Notes: a model not told the origin generated them from the sequence alone. Counted from the stretch's first letter, positions 209,630 through 225,601 are shown. The stretch: 248,000 nucleotides of DNA from Octopus vulgaris (GCA_951406725.2 OX597821.1:102196001-102444000), one strand, 5' to 3'. Made by a program: numbers and translations.

Positions 209630-210080
209630 ACTGCAAGTGAGGCAATGAATTTCGTATGAAGGCGAACAAAAGTGTGGAGTGGAGTGAAAGCATTTGAAGA
209701 GGCCAGGATAATGCATGCAAGACTCAAGAGAGATTTAAAGAAGAATGTTACGATCAAGAAGGTGAATCACCATGACCTTTTTGTGTGCACAGTTTGTGAC
209801 AGACCATGCCTTTCTTTTGCTGGGCTCAAATCTCGTTTGCGAACCCATGGAAAATGAACCTCCACCAGCTATTCTGCCTATATGCCTGTGCACACCTTTC
209901 AATGCAATGTATGCCAGAAGGTTTGCAAATCTAACAGGCCTCAAAAGACATTTTAAGATCCACAAATATCAGAACTTATCTGCAGCTCTTGGTGGTCCAA
210001 ATGGATATGCAATCTATGCAGATGTCTTTTCAAAACATTGCCTGGTTTAAAAAGCCACATCAGATGCCATAATGGTTCTA
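209630..210080 (+). mobile_element. RTE/BovB-like 3' fragment with C2H2-like tail
   Basis: FVCTVCDRPCLSFAGLKSRLRTH and RRFANLTGLKRHFKIH. Confidence 0.55.
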
Positions 210081-211738
210081 AGGTGTAGGTACATGAGGTG
210101 GCCAAACTCTGCATGAAGAGTAGACAACCACCATATATATATACATACATGAGTATGTGTGTGTGTATATATATAAATAAATATACACACATATATCTAT
210201 ATATATACACACACACACACATGTATGTGTACACATATATAGGTATTTTGGTGGAAACACGAAACATAGAACTCAAAATATGAGTATATGTATATTTATA
210301 TTAATATTTAGCAGAAGCAACAGAGACACTCAAAGGGTGAGAGTTTTTCGCGGTCGCACCTCAGACCTTGAGTCTCACTGCATGGCACCTTGGGCAAGTG
210401 TCTTCTGCTATAGCCTCAGGCTGACCAAAGCCTTGTGAGTGGATTTGGTAGATTGAAACTGAAAGAAACCCGTCGTATATATGTGTGTGTGTGTTTGTCC
210501 CCCTTACCATTGCCTGACAACTGATGCTGGTGTCTTTATGTCCCCATAACTTAGAATAAGTACTAGGCTTACAAAGAATAAGTCCTGGGGTTGATTTGCT
210601 TGACTAAAGATGGTGCTCCAGTCAAATGACTAAAACAAGTAAAAAAATAAAAGAATAAATATATAATTTTGGTATCGAATAAATTTAAGCATCTAGGTCA
210701 CAATCACAATAGTTTGGTTGTCCCAACTATACATCTTTTATTGATATTTTATAATATTATAAATATGCAGTCATACATAATGTATGATATTATACCATAA
210801 TTATTGCTGGTATACTTATTGTATTGTATACAAGAGTTGCCAAATTACAAATAACAGCAATATTAGAAGACAGGTTAGGTAAATGTTACTTTTTGATGTC
210901 GTTTGTTCAGTTCTAGGTTGGTTTTGTTCTTAATGCAGCTGGTACCTCCCCCCGGAGGGGGGGGGGCATGTCAATGGGGGACATTGAGGTAACACAATTG
211001 CATTGTGCATGATAAAACCAGTAATGGTTATTAAAATAAAATGAGATCTCATCAGGCACAGGGAAGTCATTAATTAGCAATGCATAAAATAATTTACAAT
211101 TTTTGTCTCTATTAAATTTTTCTCCATTTCACTGTTAAAAGCTATACAATCCATTTTTAGAGTAAAATTTATAAATTATTATCCATGTTAGTTGTTGATA
211201 CCTCACTATCTACTTAGGTGGGCACGAGGCATAACAACTACTTAAAGGGAGAGGGGGCAATACAAAAAAGTAAAAGAAAAAAGGCATAGGAGCAGCTGTG
211301 TGGCAAGTAGCTTGCTTACCAACCATATGTTGTCAACTTGTATTAGCTATTTAAGTAGGAGATTTTTATTCCACTAGACTTTGAAAGTATAATACTACAA
211401 GGACTGTACACAAGACATAGTCAGATGCTCTTCCAAGTGCCAACCTTTAGTTGTTATATGCCTGAAGTGCAGAGTATTTGTTCGCTGAATTAAACAATGG
211501 TTTTTGCTTAGATGGTTCCAAATGATGACACACTAGGTTGATATTTATGCTATGTTTCTCTCTCCCTCACTCAGCTAGCTTCCTTACACCTATAAAATAA
211601 ACTCCAAGGCATTGGTTGGCCTGGAGATAAAGCAGATGACATTAGCCCAATGTGCCACACAGTGGGACTGAACCTGAAATCATGTGGTTGCAAAGTGAAT
211701 TTCAGAACCACCAAAGACACATTATGTGTGTGTGCATG

Positions 211739-211775
<37 letters not shown>

Positions 211776-214700
211776 ATTGAAAAATAGGATAAAATCTTTA
211801 TAAGAATTTATAAAGTAGTTAGCGTGAAAAATCTCATATGGGAAAAATCCATCAATTATTCCTCTTAAATATATTTTTTTATATTAAGGGCTTTACTATA
211901 CATAAATGCCTCACGCTAGGAGGGACTCTTACAGTCCTATAGTAGTTTTGACTGTAAGAGTCCCTCCTAGTGTGAGGTATTTATGTATAGTAATGCCCTT
212001 AATATATATATAGTTCAAAGACAATGACAGGTGTAGGAGCAACAAGCAAGTGTATTAGTTCTACCAATTGAAAAGAATTTATGTGTGTGTATATATAAAT
212101 ACATATATACACATATATGTATTGCTCATTAATTTGTTTTATGTCTATATATACAGGGTGGTCCAAAAGTAGGCTTACAGTTATTCAACTATCTCTTTTG
212201 CATTCGTATATAAACACTTTAGATCTTAATTATAACAAAATATGAAACCATTATTCTATGCTAATTTAGTTAATTTTGTCAAGCTCCCTTTTCAGTTTGT
212301 AAGATAGAAATTTAAATGTAATAAAATGTTTTAAAAGAAATTTAAAGTGCCTACATGATAACTGTAAACCTACTTTTGGGCCACCCTGTGTGTGTATGTG
212401 TGTGCATATATATATATATATGGTATTAAAAGGGAAAACTATCGTGGCAGATACGGTATTATCTCACAAAATGGTATAGCTGCCGGCTATTCACAATGGT
212501 CCAATTACATAGCGCTCAAGCTTAAAAGAGATGCTAGTACTGGTAGTTCCGTGTTGGTTAGTTCCAGGTTCCTATTCATAACTGCAAATATTTTTTGGAG
212601 TATGTAATTGATAACGAAGAGGAGAGTGGAGATTTATTCACATCCAAAATGTTTTCTGCAATATATATAACACCCAACTACATGTATTTTGACTGCAGTG
212701 ACTGCACATTGCTGTCATGAGTGATGGACCCTTAATGAAAATGCAGTGACTAAGATGCATAATGGCAGTCGAAACATATGTAGGTCAGTGTTATATATGC
212801 TGTAGAAACCTTTTTAATAAAAAATTTGGGGATGGAAATAAATCTCTCTCTTCTTCATTATCAATTATATATATACACATGTGTGTGTGTATATATATAT
212901 ATATATAAATAATATATAAATATATACACAAATACATACATATATGTACCTACCTACATCTATATGTATATATACATGCATATATGGGTACAAGACACCA
213001 AAAAAAACGTTGAACAAAATGAGAAACGAAAACATGGAAATGAACTATTTTTCAAACAACAAAAGAACAGAGTACAAGACGTACAACACAAAGAATATTC
213101 CCCTTCTTCAGTTGTCCGTGTTTTGTCTACTCTGCGTTTCGAAGGTAAGGACAAGACGCGACCTTGTTGAAACAGTCCTTCCCGCAAAGCAAATTAAATA
213201 AAATTTGGGATTTTTGTGGAGGGGTAAAAGTGGTAACAAGAACAGGGCAGTAAGAACAAAACAACATATATCATCATTATCATCCTTTAATGTCCATTTT
213301 CCATGCTGGCATGGGTTGCATATATGCATGAACATGAACACACACACACAAGGCCAAGCTAACATTGAAGCTTGATGCAGTCCTCCAGCTTGCTGGGCCC
213401 TGTCAAACCATCCAATCCATTGCACTGGAGTGTATTTGATTTTGCACACACACACATTGTGTGTGGTTGCGTATTTACATATACACAATCCACATAGACA
213501 GAAAATATGCTTCATTCAATAACAATATATCTAAGACTTCCGAGAGAATATATACAGTCCAGGTTTCATAAACCATTTAAGTAGCAAGACTAAGTATTAT
213601 TTTCTGGTTTATACAGTGAAATAGTATCTAATAACACTTACATTAACACCATCCATTCACATGTGTAAAATGTATGAAGTTTGAATGATTCTCTCCACCT
213701 CCCATCATGGGATCAAATTATTATATTTTTCTTATTAGCAAAGCAATCTCAAGGCCAGCAGTTTCTAACATTTCTGCGATTTAGTCATGTACAGCATAAG
213801 ATATGTGATACACTTATTGATAAACAGTACCAAATGGGATACTTGACTTTTAGCATTATTTGAACCAATGGGCCTCAACTGAGGTCCGTAAAAGATTTTG
213901 TGGTGGGGTTGACGCAATAAAATATTAAATTGGGGCCCTACAATGGTATTTTAAAGACCCCTAAAAAATTTTTTCTTTAGATGTATTCATTGGTATGTAT
214001 TGCAAGAAACAGCCAAATTTCTTTCTCTAACATTTTACATAGTTCAACCTGTACAAGTTAATGTGTGAAAATTAAAACAGGAATTTTGAAAGAAGTTTAT
214101 ATAAGACTAATTTTTAAATACTGAATGACTATGGGGGGGGGGGGGTCCACCAGAATAATATAGTAACCAAAAGGGGTCCATAGATAAAAAAAATGGTTGA
214201 GAACCCCTGATTTAAATCAATCATATCAGGCATCAATAGTCTCCCTGTTTTATCCCTGCAAACCAGCAAGATCTGACCTCCCACACCTACCCTTCAGTAT
214301 CATTTTGAAAATAAGCAGTCCCATTGTTGAAATCTGAAAATTACAAGATAATGCATGATAAATGGAAAACTGTGTGAATAAAAAAGTGTTATACTTGACA
214401 GAGTAATCTGAATACTAAAGAGTTAAAAGTTAAAAACTCATGCTATCTTAGTTGGAAATCACTTCCCTGTATGGTTGTACAATGAACTAGAATTAGCATC
214501 CAAAGTTACCTCATGTGATGCTCTGATTTAAAGAAGAGATGTTCATGGTTTGAAAGCCTTTGTTCATATGCCTGCTAAATTCAGGGAAATGACATATACA
214601 TACACAAGCATTCAAGCATGTCTACATATACACACACACTCATAGTTCCACAAGTAAGTTTACATGTATATGCGCACACACACACATTCTTTTATTATGT

Positions 214701-215360
214701 TACTTGTCTCAGTCATTTGACTGCAGCCATGCTGGAGCACTGCCTTGTAAGGTTTCGTTTAGACGAATAGACCAACCCCAGGATTTATTTTGTCGGCCTT
214801 ATTTTGCTGAATTACTAAGTTATGGGGATGTAAACACACCAATGTCAGTTGTTAAGCAGTGGTGGTAGACACACACGCACGATGGACTTCTTTCAGTTTC
214901 TGCCTACCAAATCCACTTACAAGACTTTTGTTGGCCTGAGGCCATAGTAGAAGACACTGACCCGGGGTGCCACAGTGGGACTGAACTTGTGCCTATATAT
215001 CTATATCTATATATATATATATATATATATATAGGCAGGCATATACATATTTATATGTGTTTGTGTATGTATGTCTCTAGTGGCTCAACCTGTTAGAAAC
215101 AGGAACTAAACCGCATTCAAATCACATCTAAGCGCCTAAAAAAAGGGAAGGGCACATTAAATGCGATAGTATTAGTATATGTGAAAAGAGCGGATAGTTA
215201 AAACTGGAGTGCCTTTAATCTTAAGAGCTTGCTCAGTGAGGGAGTGTTTTGTTTTTATTCCACTACGTCAAGGGTGCAGAACTATGGGAATGTAAACAGC
215301 TGACAACATTATTTTTCACTCAAACCATCTCATACACAAAGCACAAATGACAACTTTAAT

Positions 215361-215430
<70 letters not shown>

Positions 215431-216149
215431 GTAGGAGTGGCTGTGTGGTGAGTAGCTTGCTTATGAACCACATGGTTCTGGGTTCAGTCCCACTGTGTGG
215501 CACCTTGGGCAAGTGTCTTCTACTATAGCCTTGGGCCGACCAAAGCCTTCTGAGTGGATTTGGTAGACGGAAATTTAAAAAAAGCCTGTCGTATATGTAT
215601 ATATATATATGTGTGTGTATATGTTTGTCCCCCCAACATTGCTTGACAACCAATGCTGGTGTGTTTACGTCCCCGTAACTTAGTGGTTCGGCAAAAGAGA
215701 CTGATAGAATAAGTACTAGGCTTACAAAGAATAAGTCCTGGGGTCGATTTGCTCGACTAAAGGTGGTGCTCCAGCATGGCCACAGTCAAATGACTGAAGC
215801 AAGTAACAGAGAATATATATATATATCATCATCATTTAAATGTCCATGCTGGTATGGGTTGGATGGTTTGACAGGGTTTCTATGAGTGGATGCCCTCCCT
215901 AGCACCAACCACTTTACAGAGTGTGCTGAGAGCTTTTATGTGTGCCTTACTTGGTGCTGCATGTGCATTTTTATGTGGCACTGCACAGGTGCTTCTATGT
216001 GATGCCGCATGGGTCTTCTTGAGTATAGCAAGGCACCATGTATCTCAGTCCTTTGTCATCTCACTTAAAAGGTTCAGCTCCTTGAGGTCATTCTTCAGTA
216101 CTTGCATATATCATCATCGTTTAACGTCCGCTTTCCATGCTAGCATGGG

Positions 216150-216191
<42 letters not shown>

Positions 216192-216370
216192 AGAGTTTAC
216201 GAAAAACAAAAGACGAAGACAGGTGGTGTACAAAACAAACAGATGTATTAGTATAACGCTCAGGAATAGAAAAAGTCTTTTAGGTTTCGAGCCTATGCTC
216301 TTCTACAGAAAGGGACACAGAAAAAACAAGGAGAAAAAAATGTGTGTAGTGGCTAACAACCTATCATGAT

Positions 216371-216439
<69 letters not shown>

Positions 216440-219400
216440 TGCACACACACAACAGGCTTGTAAGCATTTTCTAATTACCAGTTTTATTCACAAGGTACCA
216501 GTCAGGCTAAGGCAATAGTAGAAGACATTTGCCCAATGTATTATGCAGTGTAACTGAACCTAGGACCATGGTGGTTGTGAAACAAATTTAACTACTAAGT
216601 CACATCTGCACCTGAAACTAAAGGATGTGCTCACAATGCCTTCATTTTCTAAGCAGATATCCACAGGCTCAATATTGTGTAACTCTGGGGATCAGAGGGG
216701 AACCACTGTTTTAAATGCAATAAAGCTATTTTGCGTGTGTGTGTGTGTGTGTGTATTGAGTTCAGTCCCATTGAATGGCATATTGAGCAAGTGTCTTCTA
216801 CTACAGCCTTGGGCTGACCAAAACTTTGTGAGTACATTTGATAGATGGAAACTGGTTGATATGAGTCTTCCATCACTGCATGATAACCTATGTTGGTGTA
216901 TTTATGTCCTGTAACTTAGCAGTTTGGTCAAAGGAACCAATAGAATGAGTACTGGAGTTGATTCATTTGACTAAAAATTCAAGGTGATACCCCAGCACAG
217001 CTGCTGTCTAATGATTAAAATAAATAAAAACATAAAAGATATGTACAAATCTGAACATATTGAGCATTGTTAATGTATAGAACATTATATAATGAAATCA
217101 AAAAAAAAATTTTTTAATAATAACATATATATTTATGTTATAAGAATTTAGATACTTCAAGAGATATGAAGTAAATTATTTTTAAAATAACGTATTTTCT
217201 TAGACACTCACAAGAAAATGAGTATTTAAAATACCATATAAAATAAATTAATGAGATTATCTCTGCTTCAAGAGATAGAATAATTACTTGTTTGCAACTA
217301 GGACCAAACCCAAATGAGAAGGAAAGAGAAACAAAAATTCTCCAAAACTGACATGCTATTAATAAAAAAACAAAAACAAAAGTCTGATATCCTGGAAACA
217401 AGAGGACAGTTGTGGCGATGCAATTTTGCCTAATTAGGTAAATCAGCATGGAACAGTTGCTCAATCTTATCTGCAGCAGATGGGGGATTCAGATATATAA
217501 AAAAAACAAAAGGCTCAGTAATTTGCATAAATGAAACAAAAGTGAGCTGAGAGAAATAATGCAAAGTGGTTAATGGGATGTGTTGGGGGTGACTAACTAA
217601 GACTGAAGAATATTCTATCAGGAAGTATCATAAAGCTGTTTTTTAAAATATTTAAATAACAAGAGTGTAATGAAGAGTGTAATGCAGTTTAAGTGGGTTT
217701 TATAAAAAAGAGGTATTTCAACAAATTCAAACAATAAACAAAAATTTTCAAAGCAAGTCCTAATTTAGTGATGCTACTGAAATCAGAAATAGGAGATTAT
217801 TTCAGAGTTAACCCTTTCAGTTCTAATCTCTAATTCTTTGAGATGGAACTGATCATTTTAAAGTATTCATCACCATCATAATTTAATGTCTGTTTTCCAT
217901 GCTGTAATGGGTTGGATGGTTTGATGGGAGTTGTGGCGAGCCAGAGGACTTGCACCAAACTCCAATGTGGGTTTGGCATGGTTTCTATGACTGGATATCT
218001 TTCCTAATGCCAACAACTTTACAGAATGTTGTATGAGGTACTTTTCATGTGGAAGTGGCTCAAGTGAGATCACCAAGTAGCTTGTGAGACCCCACTCAAC
218101 TGACAAACAGGGCAGTAGTATTGCGGGAGATGGCTTTGTGCCAGGGGATGAGAGGTTTATGAATGATAGAGCAGGGGCCGGTGAAATGGGGTAAAATACC
218201 GCAAGTGGGGTAAAAATGAAATTCTTGGGGATAATGACTCATTAAACATAAGTAAAATTATATAAAAAAACATGTTCCTTGTTATGACGGAAATTTTTCT
218301 TCTGGCATGAAGAGGCAGTCAAAGAGTTGCTGACTTTTGCAAACAAGGATTCTCTACTCTAATGAACATAAAAACAAAGCAGAGAAATCGATTGGACCCC
218401 AAAGACTGTATCCAAATTGCTCCAGCATCAAAATGCCCCAATTTTACATAATTGTAACAAAAATGAAACATCATTTCTCCAAAACCTGAAGTGAAAATGT
218501 TTCTAGAAAAATCCTTTTGTTTCGTAATGAGGATATCAATTTATTTTATTGCATTTGTTTTATACTTTTTATATTTATAATTGTATTCTCCATATAAATA
218601 GATTCAATAAACATTTTGAATTCAAAGAATCTATGACATTTTCCCTTTCAAATCAAGGGGGTAATGTTGGGGTATTTGGTTAAAAAAACGTTCCCTGACA
218701 GGTGTCTTGCTGGAGAGGAGATACATGGCTATCCCAGTTGGAAAAAAAAGAGAGAGAGAGAGATGGCAGTGAAGATGTGTCATTGTGTACCCTCAAGTAA
218801 CAGGGAAGTGAATATAAGTGGTACTGAACAGGGTGAGCGGGTAAGTTTACGAAAATATGAAAGGAGAGTGGCAGCTGGATAGAGATTAAACAAGTGAAGG
218901 AATGCAATGGGTGGGCATTAAGGAGTTGTAAGCAGGATGGATGTTAGAAAGATGAATTATTGGGAAGAGATTCATTAGGGACAGAATTTGTGCAGGGGCA
219001 CATACATAAAACAAATATGTTATATACAACACAATGTGTATTAGAAAATGTAATTAGTTTGGAATTTTGTGTAGTTAAGAAGTTCACTTTTCAACGATAT
219101 AATTTTGGGATATGTGCCAACCAAACCACACAACATTTTGCACAAGTGTCTTCTAATTACAGCACTGCACTGATCAAAGCCTTGAGAGTGGATATGATAG
219201 AAACTGACAGAAGCTGGTCATATATACATATGTGTGTGTGTGTGTATATATATATATAGATATGCATCCATATATATGCTTGTGTATATGTGTATTCCAC
219301 ATTTCATATCGTAAAAACCTTGATAGTCCAACCTATGCCATCAGGGAAAACAGACATTAAAGGATGCTGCTGCTGATGTATATATATTTATATAACAGAA

Positions 219401-222400
219401 CATGAGAACCAATGAGAACATCAGACGGTACCATTAATTTCCAACAAAAAAGTGCATGTGTGCACGTATTATGTTGCAGCCTCCCACCTCATACGATCTG
219501 CTGCATGTACTGGTACGGATATGTCCCCTACCTCCAGCCAGATCATCCTACCAGGGCCTCACTTTCATTCAACAGAATGGGTGTGGGCTGGAAGGGGCTC
219601 CTGTGGCAGGCCCCACACTAGATGGCTGGATGTGATTAAGGAAGATCTCCAGAGGCTTGATGTTGTCTTGGAGGATGCAGAGGGGCTGGTACAGGGCCAC
219701 CAGCAATGGGAAGCACTGGTGGACTTGGTTGGATCTTCATACAATGATGCCTCTGGGATCACTAATCTGGGATGACTGACCCCCAGCTCCAAGATCAAGA
219801 GCATGAAGCAAGCAAGTATATATATATATAACTGGTTTACTCAATCAATCCACTGACTGGTTGAGAAAAACTGAATGACCCTAAAGAACTAACGCTATCC
219901 TCGTCAGAGTCAAAGTATACTGGATGGCTTAGCTTAGCCAATCTATTTTCCTGTCTATATGTAAGCTTTTATTCTTTTACTTCTTTCATTCATTTGACTG
220001 TGGCCATGCTGAAGCACCACCTTGAAGGATTTTAGTCAAACAAATCAACCCCAGGACTTATTTTTTTAAAGCCTAGCACTTATTCTATTATTCTCTTTTG
220101 TTGAACCACTAAGTTACAGGGACATAAACATACCAACAACAGGTGTCAAGAGGTGATGAGGGGACAAATACAGACACAAAGACACACACACATATATACA
220201 TGACGGGCTTCTTTCAGTTTCCATCTACTAAATCCACTCACAAGGCTTTGGTATATGTGTGTATGTGTATATATATTGACGTATATTAAGGTTCTGGAAG
220301 GGTAGAATGAAGGGGTATTTCCAATGCAACACTCAACCAAAGCTTGAGTCTATCTTCACTCTTGAACTGTAGACTCAAGTAAGATCGAATGGTGTTTAAA
220401 AAGTGAGTGGTACAGAAACAACTGTAACTGGTCATTAAAAATGGGTTAAACTCTTTGACTTATTTGGATTATGCACACATATATTGAATCAAATTTGATG
220501 ACTGGCATCCGTGCTAGTGGAGCGCTAAGAGCTCCATCCAAGCGTGATCGTTGCCAGAGCAGCTAACTGGCTTCTGTGACAGTGGCACGTAAAAAGCACC
220601 ATTTGAGCATGATGTTACCAGCGTCGCCTTACTGGCACTTGTGCTGGTGGCACGTGAAAAAAAAACATTAAAGTGAGGTCGTTGCCAGTGCTGCTGGACT
220701 GGCTCCTGTGGAGGTGGCATGTAAAAAATACCATTTGAGTGTGGCTGTTGCCAGTACCGCTTGACTGGCCCTCATGCCGGTGCAACATAAAAGCACCCGC
220801 TACACTCAGAGTGGTTGGCGTTAGGAAGGGCATCCAACTGTAGAAACTATGCCAGATCAGAGATCAGATTGGAGCCTGGTGCAGTCATCTGGTTCGCCAG
220901 TCCACAGTCAAATCATCCAACCCATGCTAGCATGGAAAGTGGACGTTAAATGATGATGATGATATCGGTGTGTGTGTGTGTTTTTCTGTCTCTATAACCA
221001 TCACGAAATAGTTGTAAGCTAATAAGGCAGTGAGCTGGCAGAAACGTTAGCATGCTGGGCAAAATGCTTAGCAGTATTTCGTCTATCTTTACATTCTGAG
221101 TTCAAATTCTACTGAGGGCGACTTGCCTTTCATCCTGTCGGGGTCAATAAACTAAGTACCAGTTATATACTGGGGTCGATCTAATCAACTGGCCCCACTC
221201 CCCAAAACTTTCGGGCCTTGTGCCTAGAGTAGAAAAGAATAGTTGCAAACTAGCATTAACATTGTAAAAACAATGTCTTTTGTTTCCAATCTTCTGTGAA
221301 AATATTTCTTTGCTTAGAAGTAGGTGAGAGTTGATGACAAAAAGCATCCAGCCATAGAAAATATCAACAAATTCCATCTGACTCAGGGAAACATGGAAAA
221401 GTGGACATAAAAATAATGATAATGAAATACAGCACGTTTGTTTTCTTCTTCACACATTTTCATCTACATAGATAATAACAGCATGCATTTGTATCAGTTG
221501 TAAGTTTTACAGAGAAGGCTTTAAAAAATCTGTATTTCAACTGGAATAAATTTATCTTAGATTATCTATTTTCCACTTACGTAAGTAAATATCTTGCTGA
221601 GAGATGTAACACTATCCCAACAAATTACAGAACTTGTACTTATGAATGATATTTAAGCAAATCTCTACATCTTTAATCATTATGCATCTTGAGTGGTAGA
221701 TTTAAGTCATGTGTTATCAGCTATATGCTTTATAGAAAAGAAAGCCAAAATAAACAAAATTCATCACCAGATAAAACAAAGAAGTCTTTTACTAGATATA
221801 TGCTCTATAATATATAAAGCAGAATATGAAAGATAGTGTGTTGTTGCATGAAGGCTCATGTACTACTTAAGTATTAATTGCTTGACAAGCTGGTTCACTA
221901 CAGAAAACTTTTTGGGATTTTAGTGAAAGACAGATGAACCTAGCGTAGGTTCAATGACTATCTAACAACAACATGAGCCCTCAGAAATTCTGGGTTGGTG
222001 TCTGGTGTGCTGGAAGGCCACTATGAGTGAGGCATCCCTTAGTTTTAATTGAAGGAGGTCTCTAGAACCCGCTTCAAATCTGGGTTACATCTGCTCTGAT
222101 AATTGTTGGTAACTTGGTCTCTGCAATGGCCAACACTCGACAGCAAGATCACACTATTCCAAAGTGTGTGTGCATGTGATTAGGGACCACATGTGAACTT
222201 GTTGCTTGCGAAGACCTGTTGGGGCAAGTGAAATCGGAATCGAAATTGAACCAATCCAATGACTGGCACCCGGCAGTTGCCAGGACTGCTGGATTGACTC
222301 CTGTGCAGGTGGCAAGTGAAGAAACACCATTTCGACCCTGTGCTTGAGGAGATCCATTGAGTCAAGTACACCAACATCAAAATCAATGGAAACTGCAGTT

Positions 222401-224927
222401 GAGATCCCTGTGCCGGTGGCACGTAAAATGCACTAATCCGATCGTGGCCGTTGCCAGCCTCGTCTAGCACCTGTGCCGGTGGCACGTAAAAGCAACCCAC
222501 TACACTCACGGAGTGGTTGGTGTTAGGAAGGGCATCCAGCTGTAGAAACACTGCCAGATCAGACTGGAGCCTGGTGCAGCCTTCTGGCTTCCCAGATCCC
222601 CGGTCGAACCGTCCAACCCATGCTAGCATGGAGAACGGACGTTAAACGATGATGATGATGACTGAAACTATGAAGATGAACTACTTGATGGTTGGAGCCA
222701 GCTCAACCTATTCTAGGCAAATGCCACTGCAAGTACAAGTAAGTATATGAGAATCTGTTAGGAAACATTTCACTACTTACCATGTGAGGATTCTTTCAAG
222801 AAGTAACAAGTTAGAGATTCATTGTCGGTTGAAAGTTGTTCTCAAAAGAAAGTTTTCTGGGATTTTCTGCTTCTTATATACCAAAAATGTTAACAAAAGA
222901 ATAATTTTTTTTCTCTTTAATCAGAATTGTAGCAGAAAGAGGGAGAGAAATGAAATAAAATCCAATGTCCAAAATATGTATTGTTAGGCCACAAAGTAGT
223001 GTTAAATGTTATTTATTTATGCATTTTCTAAGTATTTTGTTCAAAGTCATGTTTTATTCATGAATCTGACAGTAACTTCAACAATGTTATGGTACATTGG
223101 CAGCCGTTTATGAATTCAGACGTGGAGAAAGGCGACTAATCCAGGAATGAATAGGTTAGTTTATTATTATTATTATTATTTCAATTATATAGTTTTTGTA
223201 TTTATTTTACATTAAATTCATCACTTGTTTTACAATGGAAGTGATTTATAATCAGGTTTTAAAGTAAAGGTTATCTCATTATTAAAAAAATAAAGTAAGA
223301 AAAATAAAATTCCAATACAGCTGTACTATTTACCAATCTGTTCAATTGTCTTCATATACACATAGGCACACGTGTGCGTGTATATATATATAGATATGTA
223401 TGTGTTGCTTACACTGTCTCTCTCCTTTGGTTATCTCTGCAATATATATACATACCTCACAAAAGTTAACTGCAGTTTAGAGTTAAAAAGAAACGTGAAA
223501 TGTCTATTGCTTCAATATGTTAACTATTATTGGGTCTGTTTATGATACCCTGCACAAATAATAATTTTTTAAAAAATGCCCTATTTTCTTTGGATTAAAA
223601 ATCAATAAAAGGCTAGTTTCATATTTTATTCAGGAGATAAATATTAATCCTGTTTAAAGGGTGCATATGTTTGAATTTAAAGCAAGAAAATGAGAATCAC
223701 TTCTTGATTAGGCAAGGAAAATCTTGCTCAAGCAAAGCAAGGCTCTATTTTTATAGGCTTGGCTTCAAATGATGATGATAGTAATTTATAAAGAAATACA
223801 ACTTTTTCTATAGAGAAGGGATTAATTACATATTAATCTCCCGTTTTATGGATTAAGATAAACTCTCAAACTCATAACTTGTTTTAATTTCTTATTATTT
223901 TAAAACCAGAATATGCCAGCGTACTCTTCTTAATTAATATAAGAAACTGATTATAAGCGTTTTTATTTTTTATTTTTGCCGTTAACTACTCCAAATGTGC
224001 TTGAGAAACCAAAGAACCGCAGCTTCTTATTCGTTCTCTAAATTAACATCTGGGCCACAAAAATTTAATGTTATCGTCTTTGACACATATACAAATAAGC
224101 ATTCGTGTTTCTCTAAAGAGGAGCGGAGTGGGAGAGAAGTAGAGGGGGAAAACTGGAATTAGCATTAAAATTTGCCGATTCCTTATGGCACGTTCATTAC
224201 TCCTTAAAACCACCTCCAAATTTAATAAGCTTAAATTATAATTTATTAAAAAAAGTTAACTCTATTATGGAAATATTGTCCACTGGTAGGATTTTAAAGC
224301 CGTTTTATTAATTTATTGATATCGTTTTAATAGTCTTCTTACTATAAGAAAAAACCGTAAGAAAATCTTTAAGGTTGTTTATTTTTATGTGGCTATCGAT
224401 ATATTTAGGTTCTTATATAAATATATTCGGAAATGTTAAGAATCAAAATATACAAAATGATATATAAAATAAATATCTATCGAAGAGTTTCGGCAAACAT
224501 TTGTATCTATCATTAAATTTAAAACCACTGCCTTTCTAGACAGATACTTCAACAATTGAATTTACGAGCATGATAAATGCATTAATAACACGCTTGGCTG
224601 GGTTACAAAAGACTTCTTATACTGTATTGGATGGGTAAAAAAAAGTCAATGTTTTGGGGCAAACTAAAACTAAACAAGTGCAAAACTGTTTTAAATTAAA
224701 TATTAAAAAAAAAAAATAACCAAAAAATCCCCCCAAAATTATTTAAAAACAAAAATAAAATAGAAATAAAATGAAATAGCTACATTTTCGCTTCTATTTA
224801 ATATGTTAAAGTAAAATAAATAATTAAATAATAAATAAATAAATATAGTTCATGAATAAGTTAGAGTGACAATAAAAAGACTTATATTCATTCTTGGTAA
224901 CATGCTGCATGCGAAAATAAAGTGTTA

Positions 224928-224938
224928 GCCGCCATTTT
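224928..224938 (-). promoter_or_regulatory. YY1-type motif (AAAATGGCGGC) in a probable promoter
   Basis: GCCGCCATTTT on + strand inside a locally CpG-containing, SINE-poor region. Confidence 0.45.
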
Positions 224939-225516
224939 TTTCTCACGCTGTTACTACATTCACTGCGGATATGAAATCAGCAGAATAAGAAGGTAGAGTT
225001 GGCGCAGGGGTGGGGGGATGGGTGGGGAGACTAGAAATATTTTAAGATAGATCTGATGATTAAAAAAATTCCAGAAAAAATATAAACGATAATTGTTAAA
225101 AATATTATTTTAACGAATAAAGAAAATTCTCAAATAGGTTTATTAATTAAAATTATTAATTAAAAGAATTCCCAATAATAAAAACTCCAGAAAAATATAA
225201 TCGATGATTGTTAAAAAATATTATTTCAGCAAATAAAGAAAATTATTCTATTTATAATTCTAAGTTTGATGAGTGTTAATAAACGAAACTATTGACTCTT
225301 GAGTCACTCTGTAACTTCTGCCGATTAATAATAATAATAATAATAATAACAATAATAATCATAATAATGATAATAATATTTATTCATGTTTTGAGTTCTA
225401 TTTTTTTCTTTTTGTATCACCAAACTTAATTGTAAGATTATTATATTAACTATTAAATATTAACTATTACTTTTCGGCTCGTGACCTTTCCTTCAGCCCG
225501 TGCCTGTTATCACCTT

Positions 225517-225524
225517 TGACGTCA
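225517..225524. promoter_or_regulatory. Perfect CRE palindrome TGACGTCA
   Basis: Located ~80 bp upstream of a candidate first coding exon. Confidence 0.45.
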
Positions 225525-225601
225525 GTTATGGTGTTAGACTCCAGATACATTTCTTTTTCTTCACCACGGATATGTTGTCAATCGCTCGTATAAGCTGATA
225601 A

